Part shown: positions 17,633 through 27,033 of the stretch, piece by piece | How the letters are laid out: the number at the start of each line of letters is the position of its first letter | Position numbering within the stretch: position 1 is the stretch's first letter | Assembly (NCBI GenBank): GCA_018303805.1 | Contig: JAGVXL010000001.1 | Coordinates: 110,208-174,207, forward strand | Source: Candidatus Pacearchaeota archaeon | GTDB taxonomy: Archaea; Nanobdellota; Nanobdellia; Pacearchaeales; DTIR01 | Reading direction: 5' to 3' | Length of the DNA: 64,000 nt | The notes under the pieces: generated by a model | Told to the model about the DNA's origin: nothing | The model's input: only the letters and a program-made list of their open reading frames with translations | Database searches by the model: none | Made by a program: the position numbers and the translations under genes

Positions 17633-18310
17633 TTAGCTCAGAAGGTTAGTTTGTTCTTTTTTATTTTCAGGCAAAATCCTTCCACTTTTTCTTCTATTTT
17701 CACTTATTGTCAACCATTGAAGGTTTTCTGGACTAAATGCTTTTTTAACTTGTTGGGGATCTGTTAGATTAAAAAAACACAAAGGAATTATATGGTCTAT
17801 CTCGAAATCTTTAAGATTTTCAGGAAAAGGTTTCAAATGTTCTATTATCTCTCCCCAATTAATTCCATATCTTTTCGAGCTCATTATTTTTCCAGTTTCT
17901 GAATATTTAGTCATTGCATGATTTAATGAACGTCTAAGCCTATCAGCAATTGCATACTCTTTGTCTGTTTGTAGCCTTAGTCTTTCTTTTTCTCTTATTC
18001 TCGCTCTTACCTCTGGCCTTCTTCCATATTCTTCCCAAAATTTTCTTCTGTCTTCTCTATATTTTGTTACTGCCAAGATCCTATTTCTTTCCCTTACCTC
18101 TAGTCTCTGTCTATATAATTTAACACGTCTTCTATTCCGTTCTTTAAATTCTGCTCCTTGCTGATATGATTTAGTATATTCTCTTATTCTTTTATTTATT
18201 TCAGACCTCCCGTAATAATGTTTCCTTTGACATATATCATTACAAAATCTTTTAGCTCTCGTTTTTGCATCGAATTTATTACCACAATATTCACAAATTT
18301 TCAGAATCAT
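17633..18310 (-). CDS. HNH endonuclease with an N-terminal zinc ribbon
   Basis: CEYCGNKF...FCNDIC zinc ribbon, then an Arg-rich linker, then the HNH core EIDHIIPL...NLQWLTISENRRKSG. The gene is markedly AT-rich compared with its flanks. Confidence 0.7.
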   Translation of the reverse strand: MILKICEYCGNKFDAKTRAKRFCNDICQRKHYYGRSEINKRIREYTKSYQQGAEFKERNRRRVKLYRQRLEVRERNRILAVTKYREDRRKFWEEYGRRPEVRARIREKERLRLQTDKEYAIADRLRRSLNHAMTKYSETGKIMSSKRYGINWGEIIEHLKPFPENLKDFEIDHIIPLCFFNLTDPQQVKKAFSPENLQWLTISENRRKSGRILPENKKEQTNLLS

Positions 18311-18382
18311 TCTAAGTTATTAAAGAGAAAGAATGATTAATAAATCTTGCTAAAAAAAGAATAAGTTTTCCATTCAGGAATT

Positions 18383-18775
18383 TTATTTACCTTTCAATAA
18401 CACCTGTATCCTGCTTGGGTCTTTCTTGATTTCCCTTATTATAGATGCCGGCCCGATTATAGTTATAGCATCCTGCTCGCCTATCAATGCCCTTGCAAAC
18501 TGCCTTCTCATCCTCATAACAATGGGCATATCTTCAAGTTTTGGAGAGAGAACAGCCAGTTCTATGCCCTTGAAGCCCTTTATGCTGCCAACAAGGGCCA
18601 TAGTGTCCTCAATAAGCCTTGCCTCTTCCTCCACTTTGAGTTTGCCCTGCAGGATGACAATCTTGTTCTGCAGCACTATCTTCAAAAGTTTCTTTATTCT
18701 TCCTACTGTGTCTAGCCTTTCAACTTCGCTATACGGGACAAATTGCAGTGTCAGTGATGAAAATGTTTTTGCCAT
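18383..18775 (-). CDS. Hypothetical 130-aa protein, last gene of the GTPase-pilin operon
   Basis: Full ORF, separated from the upstream pilin-like gene by only 1 nt. No motif recognised. Confidence 0.5.
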   Translation of the reverse strand: MAKTFSSLTLQFVPYSEVERLDTVGRIKKLLKIVLQNKIVILQGKLKVEEEARLIEDTMALVGSIKGFKGIELAVLSPKLEDMPIVMRMRRQFARALIGEQDAITIIGPASIIREIKKDPSRIQVLLKGK

Positions 18776-18776
18776 A

Positions 18777-19289
18777 TTAAATATTGCATGGGTTTATATC
18801 TGCTCTTGATGTGATGCTGCAAATCTTTTTGCTCTTCCCAATCTGCATAATGGGCGCGACTGTTGCATATGCGGGAGTTGCAACCAGGTTTACTGAATAA
18901 ACTTGGTCCTCATTTGTGCCAGGCAGATTATCAATAATCTCAAATTTATATGAAGAGCCTGCAGCAAAGACAATAATCTGCAAGCCAGCCAAATCCATCT
19001 CATCGGCGCCTCTTGAGACCATCACGCTTAATGTTTTGTTTACAGAATCATAACAAGTATAACCCCTCTCAGTGTCTATCCTTATCTTTGCATTTATACA
19101 GGATTGGCTTGCTTCAGTTATCTTTTCCTGCAGCATTGGCATCAACATCCCCCATATCACGCCAACAGCAGCTACAGTTATCAATATAAGCAAGACCGTG
19201 GCAACTAATGCCGATACACCATTTTTGCTTTTTTCTAATCTTGCCATTTCAACCCTTCTTCTTTTTCGCAAGCCTAAACAGGCTTTCAT
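18777..19289 (-). CDS. Archaeal type-IV pilin-like protein with a class-III signal peptide; paralog of 28098..28631
   Basis: N-terminus ...SKNGVSALVATVLLILITVAAVGVIWGMLMPML is near-identical to RKAVSALVATVLLILITVAAVGIIWGAIMPML in the 28098 gene. The downstream segments (GYTCY, DLAG) are also conserved. Confidence 0.6.
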   Translation of the reverse strand: MKACLGLRKRRRVEMARLEKSKNGVSALVATVLLILITVAAVGVIWGMLMPMLQEKITEASQSCINAKIRIDTERGYTCYDSVNKTLSVMVSRGADEMDLAGLQIIVFAAGSSYKFEIIDNLPGTNEDQVYSVNLVATPAYATVAPIMQIGKSKKICSITSRADINPCNI

Positions 19290-19896
19290 AAAATTCTTCT
19301 ATGTTCTTGCCAAACTTGGCGGATATTCCAACAACCTCATATTGCGGGAAGGCAGCCTCTATCCTCTTGATATCTGCCTTATGCAAGTCAATCTTGTTCG
19401 CGACTATCAGCACAGGAATCTTCCGGGCTGCAAGATTGCCTATTATAGTTATATTCACCTGAGAGTATGGATTTATTGTTGCGTCAAGCACGATAACGAC
19501 GCAGTCCATGTCATCAAGCCATCTTATCGCTTCTATAACGCCTTGTGTCGCCTCTTTTGCCCTCTTTTTTGCGTCATTCTTTTTCATTCCGAATTTCAAG
19601 AAATCTTCATAGTCTATCTTGGTGGCTATGCCCGGTGTGTCAATGAGTTTGAATGTCAGTTCCCTGCCTTTGAATTTTAAGTCAACTTTTTCCTTAATCT
19701 GGACTTCTCTTGTCTCATGGGGGATTTTTGAAACACTTCCCAGTTCCTCACCTGTCCAGTCCTTGCATATCTTATTGGCTAAAGTTGTCTTGCCGCCATT
19801 TGGCGGGCCGTACAAGCCAAGCTTTATATGTCTCTTCTTCTTAAACAAATTTAGAAATATCCTCTTGAAAAAATCCGGGATAACTATTATAGGCAT
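19249..19896 (-). CDS. Small P-loop GTPase (215 aa)
   Basis: G1 GPPNGGKTT, G3 DTPG, G4 NKID, G5 SAK. Its 3' end overlaps the pilin-like gene by 41 nt. Confidence 0.7.
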   Translation of the reverse strand: MPIIVIPDFFKRIFLNLFKKKRHIKLGLYGPPNGGKTTLANKICKDWTGEELGSVSKIPHETREVQIKEKVDLKFKGRELTFKLIDTPGIATKIDYEDFLKFGMKKNDAKKRAKEATQGVIEAIRWLDDMDCVVIVLDATINPYSQVNITIIGNLAARKIPVLIVANKIDLHKADIKRIEAAFPQYEVVGISAKFGKNIEEFYESLFRLAKKKKG

Positions 19897-19958
19897 TTTC
19901 TATAAATCCTTTTTGACATTCACCAATTTTTTATTTTAATTTGTGGGGCGGCTGTTTA

Positions 19959-22676
19959 TTAAACCTTTCGGTGTTTGAACAATATTGGAAACTTAAATAA
20001 TCTTGATTTTAATTTTACCTCAGGCATTCCAGTTTTGCCGCCTTTTATCTTCTTGAAAACATAATCTATTTGTTCAATGCTCCATCCTGCCTGTTTCAGC
20101 CTGCCCTTTGCATCTTTTTCAGCCCCGCCTTTTCTTAGAGCATTGCCAAAAAAAGAAATCAGGTTGTGCAGGTCTTGTTGGTTCTTGAACAGATACTTCT
20201 CATACCTTGTTTTGTACCATTTTTGCAGCAGTGAGTAAATTGCAATCATTAGGGCTATCACAATAACAAGAAGGAATACAGCAATTCCAACCGGCTTGCA
20301 GTCTACCCTGCAATCTCTCCAGTTTTCTCCCAGCTTTTTTTCGCAGATTCTGTTGCTGTTGCATACAACCTCCTCTTTGATTTCAAGGTCTGATAAGTAG
20401 GGGGATGCAAACACAACAAGATTGCTTAAGTCAACTCTGCCAGCCAAGGCAAAAGAAACTACTTGGTCTGCCCCTATACTATTGAAGACAAAGCCAATGC
20501 TGCCTGCGGCATCTCTCTGCCCATATTCAGATGCAAATACAGCAGTTTCGTAAGGGGCAAGAATAATAACGTAATACTCATTTAAAGAGGCAAGTGGTTT
20601 GATTCTAAGGGTGATTAGTGTGGCTATGTCCTTTTCCTTGTCATTTTCATCACTGGCACTCACAATTCTGGAGGTTGCTGTCATTGCGATATTCTTGTAT
20701 TGCCAGGACCATATAGCGTTTCTTGTCTCCTCTGCAAAATTAACATCATACACGCCGCCATTCAAGCTTTCAATCAATTCCGGCTTTATGGAGTTTATAT
20801 CCACAGCAACAGGCATTTCTGCTGCAAATTCTGAATCATACACTGATTTTGCCAGTATGAAACCCTGCACTTTTGAAATTAAGTCAATATACTCTGTATC
20901 CGCTGCTGCAAATTTGAACTGGTTTTCATAGCCAGTCAGCAAGGCGTCATTCTCAGAAATGCCTAATTGTTTTTCAAGTAACAGCCTGTACCAGCCGGCC
21001 CCCATAACTTCTCCTTTCAACGCTTCCAGCAATATTCTTTTTTCTTTTAGCGTTGTATTCAAAATCTCCTTGGGTGAACCAACCATTATTTCAGAACTTT
21101 TGCTTCCTTTTAGGCCCTGAGAATCAGTTACTTTTACAATCACCTTAAAATTGCCTATTTTTTTATACGTATGGTTAATAGAACCTGCAGTGCTTGTTTC
21201 ACTGGCACCATCTCCAAAAATCCATTCGTAACCCACAAGGGAATTATTTTTTGGGGAATACGCTTCAACAAAGAAATTAACAGTTGTTCCAGCACCTGTA
21301 TTTAATGCAATCAGGTTCTTGATGGCAGGAACCCTCTCGATTGAAACCTTCTCTTCACCTATTTTCTTGCTACCTATAAAGAGCCCAAAAAGCTGTTCGC
21401 CGTACTCATCTGCAGAGAAATTCGCAGCGCTTAAATCAAGTTTTGTCAGATTCATATCCACCATAGCAGGCTTTCTTGCCAGCCCAAAGATATTCTGCTC
21501 TGTTGTGCATAACCCCTGGGCGCAATAGCTTAGCTTGAAATCTTTAAAGGCAATCCCATTTGAAGAGATTATTTTAATGGGGACTATGCATCCGCCAACG
21601 CAATCGTTTGCATATCTTTTTTCTATGTATTTTTTTATCAATTCGCTTGCGCTTGCGGCCCCTAATCTAGAAAATTCCTGCTCATTGAATTTTATTGTTT
21701 CGTTTACAGGGGCGATTCCAGTTCCTTGGACTAGCAGGGAAAAATCTGCGCTTGCGTTTTTTGTTGCGCTAGGCAAGCCACTGTAGCCACACGCTGGTGC
21801 GGAATCCTCAGCCTTTATTGTATATGCACCATCCAAAAAATCATCCCTGATGCATGCATAATATTCCTGCGTGCCGCTGAAAACATTAAAATCAACCAGG
21901 CAGCTTTCCTCAATATAGGAGGTTGTATTTGGCTCAGGCATGTCGCATTCTGCCTGATTGCCATTTTTATTGTCATAAATAAAAGCAGCTAAATCCCCCC
22001 CTCCCTTATTCTTCCTGACCAGCGCTGAAAGTTTAAATCTTGAGGAGGCAGGAAGGAAAATCTTTTGGCAATAGGGGGAAGTTGTTATGTCCAAATCAAG
22101 ACTTGCCGCAGTGTTATCATAGCAGCTGCTGGGCTTCAAGCTTCCGCAAAGTTCTCCTGCTCCTGTATGCATCCAGTCGATGATGCCATCTGAAAGCAGG
22201 TCAATTTGTAAAGGGCTTGAGCCGCACGATACAGCCCCCCCGCTTCCTTGCATGCTGAATTCTACGGCATCTGATTTGATTTCAATCTGCTTGCCTATTA
22301 TCATTCCTCCGAGGATAGTGTCTCCAGAGCCGAGAATCTTCTGCTTCATGCTGCTGCCAGAAGTTTCATAATACTCTTTGCAATCCACTGGATTGCAATA
22401 GAAATCTTTCTCTGCCTGCAAGCCATTTTTCTCCAAAAATTCCATTAAGGTGATATTTTTCCCAAGTGCTGCGGCGATATTGTCCGCGGGCTCATTGGAC
22501 AGGCTCAGATTGACCAAGCCTTCAATAGCACCGCCAATACCGTAAATTGTCCTGGTTAATGCCATGCTGCTGTCTAACACCTCTGCTTTGGCAGCTGAGA
22601 AAATCATTAAATTAAAGACAAAAATCAAAAAAATACCCAAACCTAACTTGTTCATTTTTCCTCTTTGGTTTAACAA
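19959..22676 (-). CDS. 905-aa surface protein with a PKD domain, a signal peptide and a C-terminal TM anchor
   Basis: Signal peptide MNKLGLGIFLIFVFNLMIFSAAKA. PKD motif GYEWIFGDGASETS...NHTYKKIGNFKVIVKVTDSQG. C-terminal TM GIAVFLLVIVIALMIAIYSLL followed by a basic tail. Confidence 0.75.
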   Translation of the reverse strand: MLNQRGKMNKLGLGIFLIFVFNLMIFSAAKAEVLDSSMALTRTIYGIGGAIEGLVNLSLSNEPADNIAAALGKNITLMEFLEKNGLQAEKDFYCNPVDCKEYYETSGSSMKQKILGSGDTILGGMIIGKQIEIKSDAVEFSMQGSGGAVSCGSSPLQIDLLSDGIIDWMHTGAGELCGSLKPSSCYDNTAASLDLDITTSPYCQKIFLPASSRFKLSALVRKNKGGGDLAAFIYDNKNGNQAECDMPEPNTTSYIEESCLVDFNVFSGTQEYYACIRDDFLDGAYTIKAEDSAPACGYSGLPSATKNASADFSLLVQGTGIAPVNETIKFNEQEFSRLGAASASELIKKYIEKRYANDCVGGCIVPIKIISSNGIAFKDFKLSYCAQGLCTTEQNIFGLARKPAMVDMNLTKLDLSAANFSADEYGEQLFGLFIGSKKIGEEKVSIERVPAIKNLIALNTGAGTTVNFFVEAYSPKNNSLVGYEWIFGDGASETSTAGSINHTYKKIGNFKVIVKVTDSQGLKGSKSSEIMVGSPKEILNTTLKEKRILLEALKGEVMGAGWYRLLLEKQLGISENDALLTGYENQFKFAAADTEYIDLISKVQGFILAKSVYDSEFAAEMPVAVDINSIKPELIESLNGGVYDVNFAEETRNAIWSWQYKNIAMTATSRIVSASDENDKEKDIATLITLRIKPLASLNEYYVIILAPYETAVFASEYGQRDAAGSIGFVFNSIGADQVVSFALAGRVDLSNLVVFASPYLSDLEIKEEVVCNSNRICEKKLGENWRDCRVDCKPVGIAVFLLVIVIALMIAIYSLLQKWYKTRYEKYLFKNQQDLHNLISFFGNALRKGGAEKDAKGRLKQAGWSIEQIDYVFKKIKGGKTGMPEVKLKSRLFKFPILFKHRKV

Positions 22677-22722
22677 GTATACAATAATTTATAAACTTTT
22701 TCCAGAAAACAAAACTTCCATT

Positions 22723-24912
22723 CTATAATTTTTTCTTGGATATTGTGAACATATAATATATTATGATTATTGTTGCAGCAGAAATTAGGTTTGCAATACT
22801 GAAGAAAGGCAACCTTGAGATTGCTGTACCGCATCTTATTTCTTTATAGCCAGAGCTGCATTGCTGCTGGGCTGTTTCATTTGTTTGCATTTCTATTGGC
22901 AGGATTGCAGCAGTCCAATTCATGTTTTGTACACCTGCGATACAGCCACTTAATGAAAAGGATTTCATGCAGGTTATGAAAGGAACATTCCCCGGGATGA
23001 TTTTTAATACTTCATAATTAAACCTGCAGTCCCCGGAAGGATTCCCAGCCGGCCCCCATAGGCATTTACAGCTTGAAGAATTAATTAAGTAATTTCCAAA
23101 AGTCCTGCCGCAGATATCTGTGCCAAGCCCTTTCCCAATTGGTTTGCCTAAACCGAGCGAATCTGCGTTGCATGCACTTTCGCCTTTATAATCAGAACAT
23201 GAAGACATCCCAGCAGGATCCACACATGAGCCATTAAGCCATGCACACCCATATTGCTCGCATTCAACAGAAGAATTATAACTTCCGCAATCGCTGGGCC
23301 TCTCTGTGCATGCTGCTCCTACAGCTGGGCAATAAAAGCCCCTTGGGCAGCAGTCATCTGCAGTCAATGCCTGCTTATCTGGGCCTTCGCAATTTTTTAT
23401 CATGGTGTCATAATATGTTGTTTCATTAGCGCAGAAATAGTGCTTGCTTACTACAGAACAGCTATCTAACGGCACAAATTCAAAAGTGCCATCAAGCGGA
23501 ACCTGGCAGCCGCTTATATAGAAGGTAGTTTCAACTGATGAAGTCGGCTCAGAATCGTCAACAGTTAATTTTACAAGGTGCTCTCCAGATGTTGAGAAGA
23601 GCTTTGTGAAATAGGCTCCTTCAATCCCTTTTGCAGAATAAGGATAACTGCCATCATCAAATTCCCATTTGAATATCAACTGGTTAAATGGCGTGATATC
23701 ATCAATGCTTAAAGTTGCATTGAATGTGACGAGCATGCCAGAAAATTTCTGGGAATATGCAGGCTGGGATATTATCGCGAGAGGAGGATCATCTGCGGAA
23801 GAATTTATCATGATGCCTATTTTTGTTTCAGCTGTTTTGCCTCTTGAATTTTGAACAGTCAGCGTTACAAATTTCGGTCCGCCTGAAGAAAAGGCATGTG
23901 TTGTGTTTGCAAAATTGCTTGTATAGCCATCGCCAAAATCCCATCTTGTGCTTGTTATTAAATCATCAGCATCATAACTGCCAGAAACAAAATTTATTAC
24001 CTCGCCAAGATTGAAAATGCTTCCTTCAGGCGGCTGCGAGATTGCTGCAACAGGTGGCGTGTCATCTTCTGTGAGGCTGACACTTAACAGTTCTGATTCC
24101 AAATATACAGAGGGTGTTATGCTCATAAATGATTTAAACTTGTTGCCGTCACTTGCTCCATCCTGGCATAACTTTACTTTCCATAATAGAGATGCCTTGC
24201 CACTTTGGGAATAGCTGCTGTAATAATCTTCGTAACATTTTACCAATCCTTCTTCCCATAAAGTAAAATTAACAAGCATGCCTTCAGCATTAGTTGTTTC
24301 TGCCACAAGCATTATATAATCATTGACCTGTGTCTGGTTAATCTTGACGCCTGCCAAATCGGTCCAATACACTGCTGTAACAGAAGGGCATGAAGCAACA
24401 CAGTTGCTATTGAGAACATAATCACTTGCAGAATTGCAGCATGCCTGGGTGCCGTCACAGCTTCTTCCATTGCCTGTTCCTGCATAAAACTCATTTGTAT
24501 CATCGCCGCAGCACTGTCCCTGCAAGCCAGGCTCAAATGGGATTGCCCATCTTCCAGTTCCAACCTTGCATTGGCAGTCAGCAGAATCAGAATCCCAATT
24601 TACATTATAGGCATTTGTAGGGCCTTGATTTGTTACCCCGCCAGCTTCACAATTTGACTGGGCATAACAATACACATCCCCTTCCTGCCCGCATTGCACG
24701 CCATTCGCAGCATTGCAGCTTGCAGTGTTGCTGCTTGACACTTGCCCTGAATCGCATGCATAGCCTCCAGAACCAGCATTATACATGCAATATGCCCTTG
24801 TCCAATATGCTACACTGCTATCTGCTTTAACTAGCAATGAAGAGAGGATAATTAGTAACACAATAAATAGCCCAACAAACAGAAAATTAAATATTTTAAC
24901 CGCTTTTCTCAT
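22723..24912 (-). CDS. 729-aa Cys-rich surface protein with two PKD domains and a C-terminal TM anchor
   Basis: Signal-anchor MRKAVKIFNFLFVGLFIVLLIILSSLLVKA. Two PKD domains: TRWDFGDGYTSNFANTTHAF...LTVQNSRG and FKWEFDDGSYPYS...LVKLTVDDSE. Many Cys. C-terminal TM. Confidence 0.75.
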   Translation of the reverse strand: MRKAVKIFNFLFVGLFIVLLIILSSLLVKADSSVAYWTRAYCMYNAGSGGYACDSGQVSSSNTASCNAANGVQCGQEGDVYCYAQSNCEAGGVTNQGPTNAYNVNWDSDSADCQCKVGTGRWAIPFEPGLQGQCCGDDTNEFYAGTGNGRSCDGTQACCNSASDYVLNSNCVASCPSVTAVYWTDLAGVKINQTQVNDYIMLVAETTNAEGMLVNFTLWEEGLVKCYEDYYSSYSQSGKASLLWKVKLCQDGASDGNKFKSFMSITPSVYLESELLSVSLTEDDTPPVAAISQPPEGSIFNLGEVINFVSGSYDADDLITSTRWDFGDGYTSNFANTTHAFSSGGPKFVTLTVQNSRGKTAETKIGIMINSSADDPPLAIISQPAYSQKFSGMLVTFNATLSIDDITPFNQLIFKWEFDDGSYPYSAKGIEGAYFTKLFSTSGEHLVKLTVDDSEPTSSVETTFYISGCQVPLDGTFEFVPLDSCSVVSKHYFCANETTYYDTMIKNCEGPDKQALTADDCCPRGFYCPAVGAACTERPSDCGSYNSSVECEQYGCAWLNGSCVDPAGMSSCSDYKGESACNADSLGLGKPIGKGLGTDICGRTFGNYLINSSSCKCLWGPAGNPSGDCRFNYEVLKIIPGNVPFITCMKSFSLSGCIAGVQNMNWTAAILPIEMQTNETAQQQCSSGYKEIRCGTAISRLPFFSIANLISAATIIIIYYMFTISKKKL

Positions 24913-25006
24913 TTATTTTTCCCTCTTTTTTGCTTAATTCTGAATGCAAAGGAATTATTTAAACCTTTTTCTGCGGTTAATCCCCGTATAAAGATAAACC
25001 GAGGAT

Positions 25007-25990
25007 TCATCCCCATTTAACAGCTACATCGTCTGTTCTTTCTGCTGGATTAATGTTTGCTTTTTCCGGCTCTATGCTGCATTTTGCCTCAAACATCTTC
25101 AAGCCGAGATAGGCAATCATGCCGGCATTGTCTACAAGAAATTCATTTGGCGGGCAGAAAAATTCTGCATTCCTCTCATTGCACATAATTCTTGCCATTT
25201 CCTGCAGTCTTGAATTGCATGCAACACCCCCTCCAAGCAAAAGCTCATCCTTGTTCAAATGCGCCAATGCCCTTTCTGCAGCTTCTATAACCATTGCAAA
25301 CGCTGTTTCCTGCAGTGAAAAAGCCAAATCTTCAATTTTTATGCCCCTGTCATATTTCTGCTCTAAATTTGTAAGCAAGCCTGAGAAAGCAACATCCATT
25401 CCTTTTATTGAGTATGGCAACTCAACATACTTTCCATGTTTGGCAAGTTCTGAGATTTTAGGGCCTCCTGGGAAACCTATGCCGCAATGTCTTGCAAAAG
25501 AGTCAATAAAATTCCCTATCCCTATGTCAAGAGTTTCTCCAAAAATCCTGTACTTCCCGCCAGCATAAGATATAATCTGTGTATTGGCTCCCGATGCGTA
25601 CAGCAAAACAGGATTTTTGCATCCTGTCAGCTTTCCAATCTCCAAATGGGCAATACAGTGGTTCACAGGCACAATCTTTCTGCTTAATTTTAATGCAAGT
25701 TCTTTTGTGAATTTCAGCCCTTCAAGCAGGCAGGGAGCAAGCCCTGGCCCATGTGAAAATGCAATTGCATCTATTTCTCCAAGCCTAATGCCAGACTTGT
25801 CAAGCGCATCTTGCAAGACTTTTCCCTTCACAGCAGCATGATGTTTTGCTGCCTCAACAGGAACTATGCCCCCCTTCTCTGTTGTGTAGGAATCTTTGCA
25901 GTTTGCAATTATCTCTATTTTCCCATTTTCCTTTTTGGCTATCCCTATGCCAAAGGTGTGCGCTGTAGATTCTACCCCAAGGATTATCAT
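25007..25990 (-). CDS. kae1: Kae1/TsaD tRNA threonylcarbamoyladenosine transferase (KEOPS subunit)
   Basis: MIILGVESTAHTFGIGI..., HGPGLAPCL, VPVNHCIAHLE and the C-terminal GGGVACNSRL are canonical Kae1/Gcp motifs. 327 aa. Confidence 0.85.
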   Translation of the reverse strand: MIILGVESTAHTFGIGIAKKENGKIEIIANCKDSYTTEKGGIVPVEAAKHHAAVKGKVLQDALDKSGIRLGEIDAIAFSHGPGLAPCLLEGLKFTKELALKLSRKIVPVNHCIAHLEIGKLTGCKNPVLLYASGANTQIISYAGGKYRIFGETLDIGIGNFIDSFARHCGIGFPGGPKISELAKHGKYVELPYSIKGMDVAFSGLLTNLEQKYDRGIKIEDLAFSLQETAFAMVIEAAERALAHLNKDELLLGGGVACNSRLQEMARIMCNERNAEFFCPPNEFLVDNAGMIAYLGLKMFEAKCSIEPEKANINPAERTDDVAVKWG

Positions 25991-26073
25991 AGCTATCTCA
26001 GGAATAAAATATTTTTAAATATATATCCCTGATAAAATTAGGAAAACCTTTTAAATTGAAAAATCCTATTCTA

Positions 26074-26340
26074 TATGCAGACTAGGCCGGCACGCTAGCC
26101 CTGTGCTGTTTGTCCGCGGGCTTTAAACAGGCTGTAAAGGGAGATGTGAGATGCTTTTCGTGCAGTCTTGCTGTCAACTGCGACGCCTTGTCCTGCTCGA
26201 TCTGGCCGTAACGAATAGTTGAGGTTCGGAAGAAAGCAGACTTAAGCTATGGTTAAGATGCTTGCAGCCAACAAAGCTGAGAAGATAGCAGGGTTAAACT
26301 GCTTGAGAAATATCAAGCTGCTCCCCGAGTCTGCACTTTA
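26074..26340 (+). ncRNA. Signal recognition particle (7S/SRP) RNA candidate
   Basis: About 265-nt ORF-free, GC-rich island. It contains GAGGTTCGGAAGAAAGCAGAC, matching the conserved helix-8 GGUCCGGAAGGAAGCAGC motif. The ends pair (TGCAGACT at 26076 with AGTCTGCA at 26328). A TATA-like TTTAAATT sits about 25 nt upstream. Confidence 0.55.
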
Positions 26341-26411
26341 AAACTCAGCAAGATAAATTTTAAATAGTTCTTTTTCTTATTGTCTATGTTGGAGAGGAAA
26401 AAAGAGGCAAC

Positions 26412-27011
26412 ATGAAGAAAAATGCACAATTTTATATTATTGTAAGTGCAATAATAATCATGGTTGTCACTGGCTTAATAACAATACTAAATTATGTTGT
26501 TGTAAGGCCAGAGCCGATACAGTTCTATGATTTGTCCAAACAGCTTGAGAGGGAAGCAACAAAAGTGATAGATTATGGCGTTTATACTGGGGGGGATATC
26601 CCCGCGCATATAGAGGATTTTATCACGAATTTCCTGAAATATGCGCATGAAAAAGATCCTGAGATCGGCTTGATATATATTTATGGAAATGCCACTTCGC
26701 TTATTGTTGCAAATTATGGCAAAGATGATGCAGGCGTGGTTACAGAATTAAACAAGACAGTGCTGTATGGCTCTGAGGCAGAGTCAATAAGCCAGATAAG
26801 GATGGATATTGCAGGGCAGCAGGTTGGCAAGAAGATTATAGAGGAAAAAGGCATTTTCGGCAACATAAAAACAGTGCTTGGGCCAAGCAAGCTTGTAAGG
26901 GTGAACATTTCAAACAAGATTTATGATTTTGATTTAAAAGGCCAGCAGTACTTTTTTGCCATAGTAAAAAGTGAGAGTGAAGGGGAAACTTATTATAGCC
27001 TGATTGAATAG
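26412..27011 (+). CDS. Membrane-anchored 199-aa protein, first gene of the pilin-like cluster
   Basis: N-terminus MKKNAQFYIIVSAIIIMVVTGLITILNYVVV (hydrophobic helix after a basic start). Confidence 0.5.
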   Translation: MKKNAQFYIIVSAIIIMVVTGLITILNYVVVRPEPIQFYDLSKQLEREATKVIDYGVYTGGDIPAHIEDFITNFLKYAHEKDPEIGLIYIYGNATSLIVANYGKDDAGVVTELNKTVLYGSEAESISQIRMDIAGQQVGKKIIEEKGIFGNIKTVLGPSKLVRVNISNKIYDFDLKGQQYFFAIVKSESEGETYYSLIE

Positions 27012-27033
27012 GGACGAATAAAAAACAGCGCAT

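Noticed and set aside
19072-19680. 202-aa plus-strand ORF spanning the pilin/GTPase junction
   Set aside because: It lies antisense to both the pilin-like gene (class-III signal, paralog elsewhere) and the GTPase (G1-G5 motifs).
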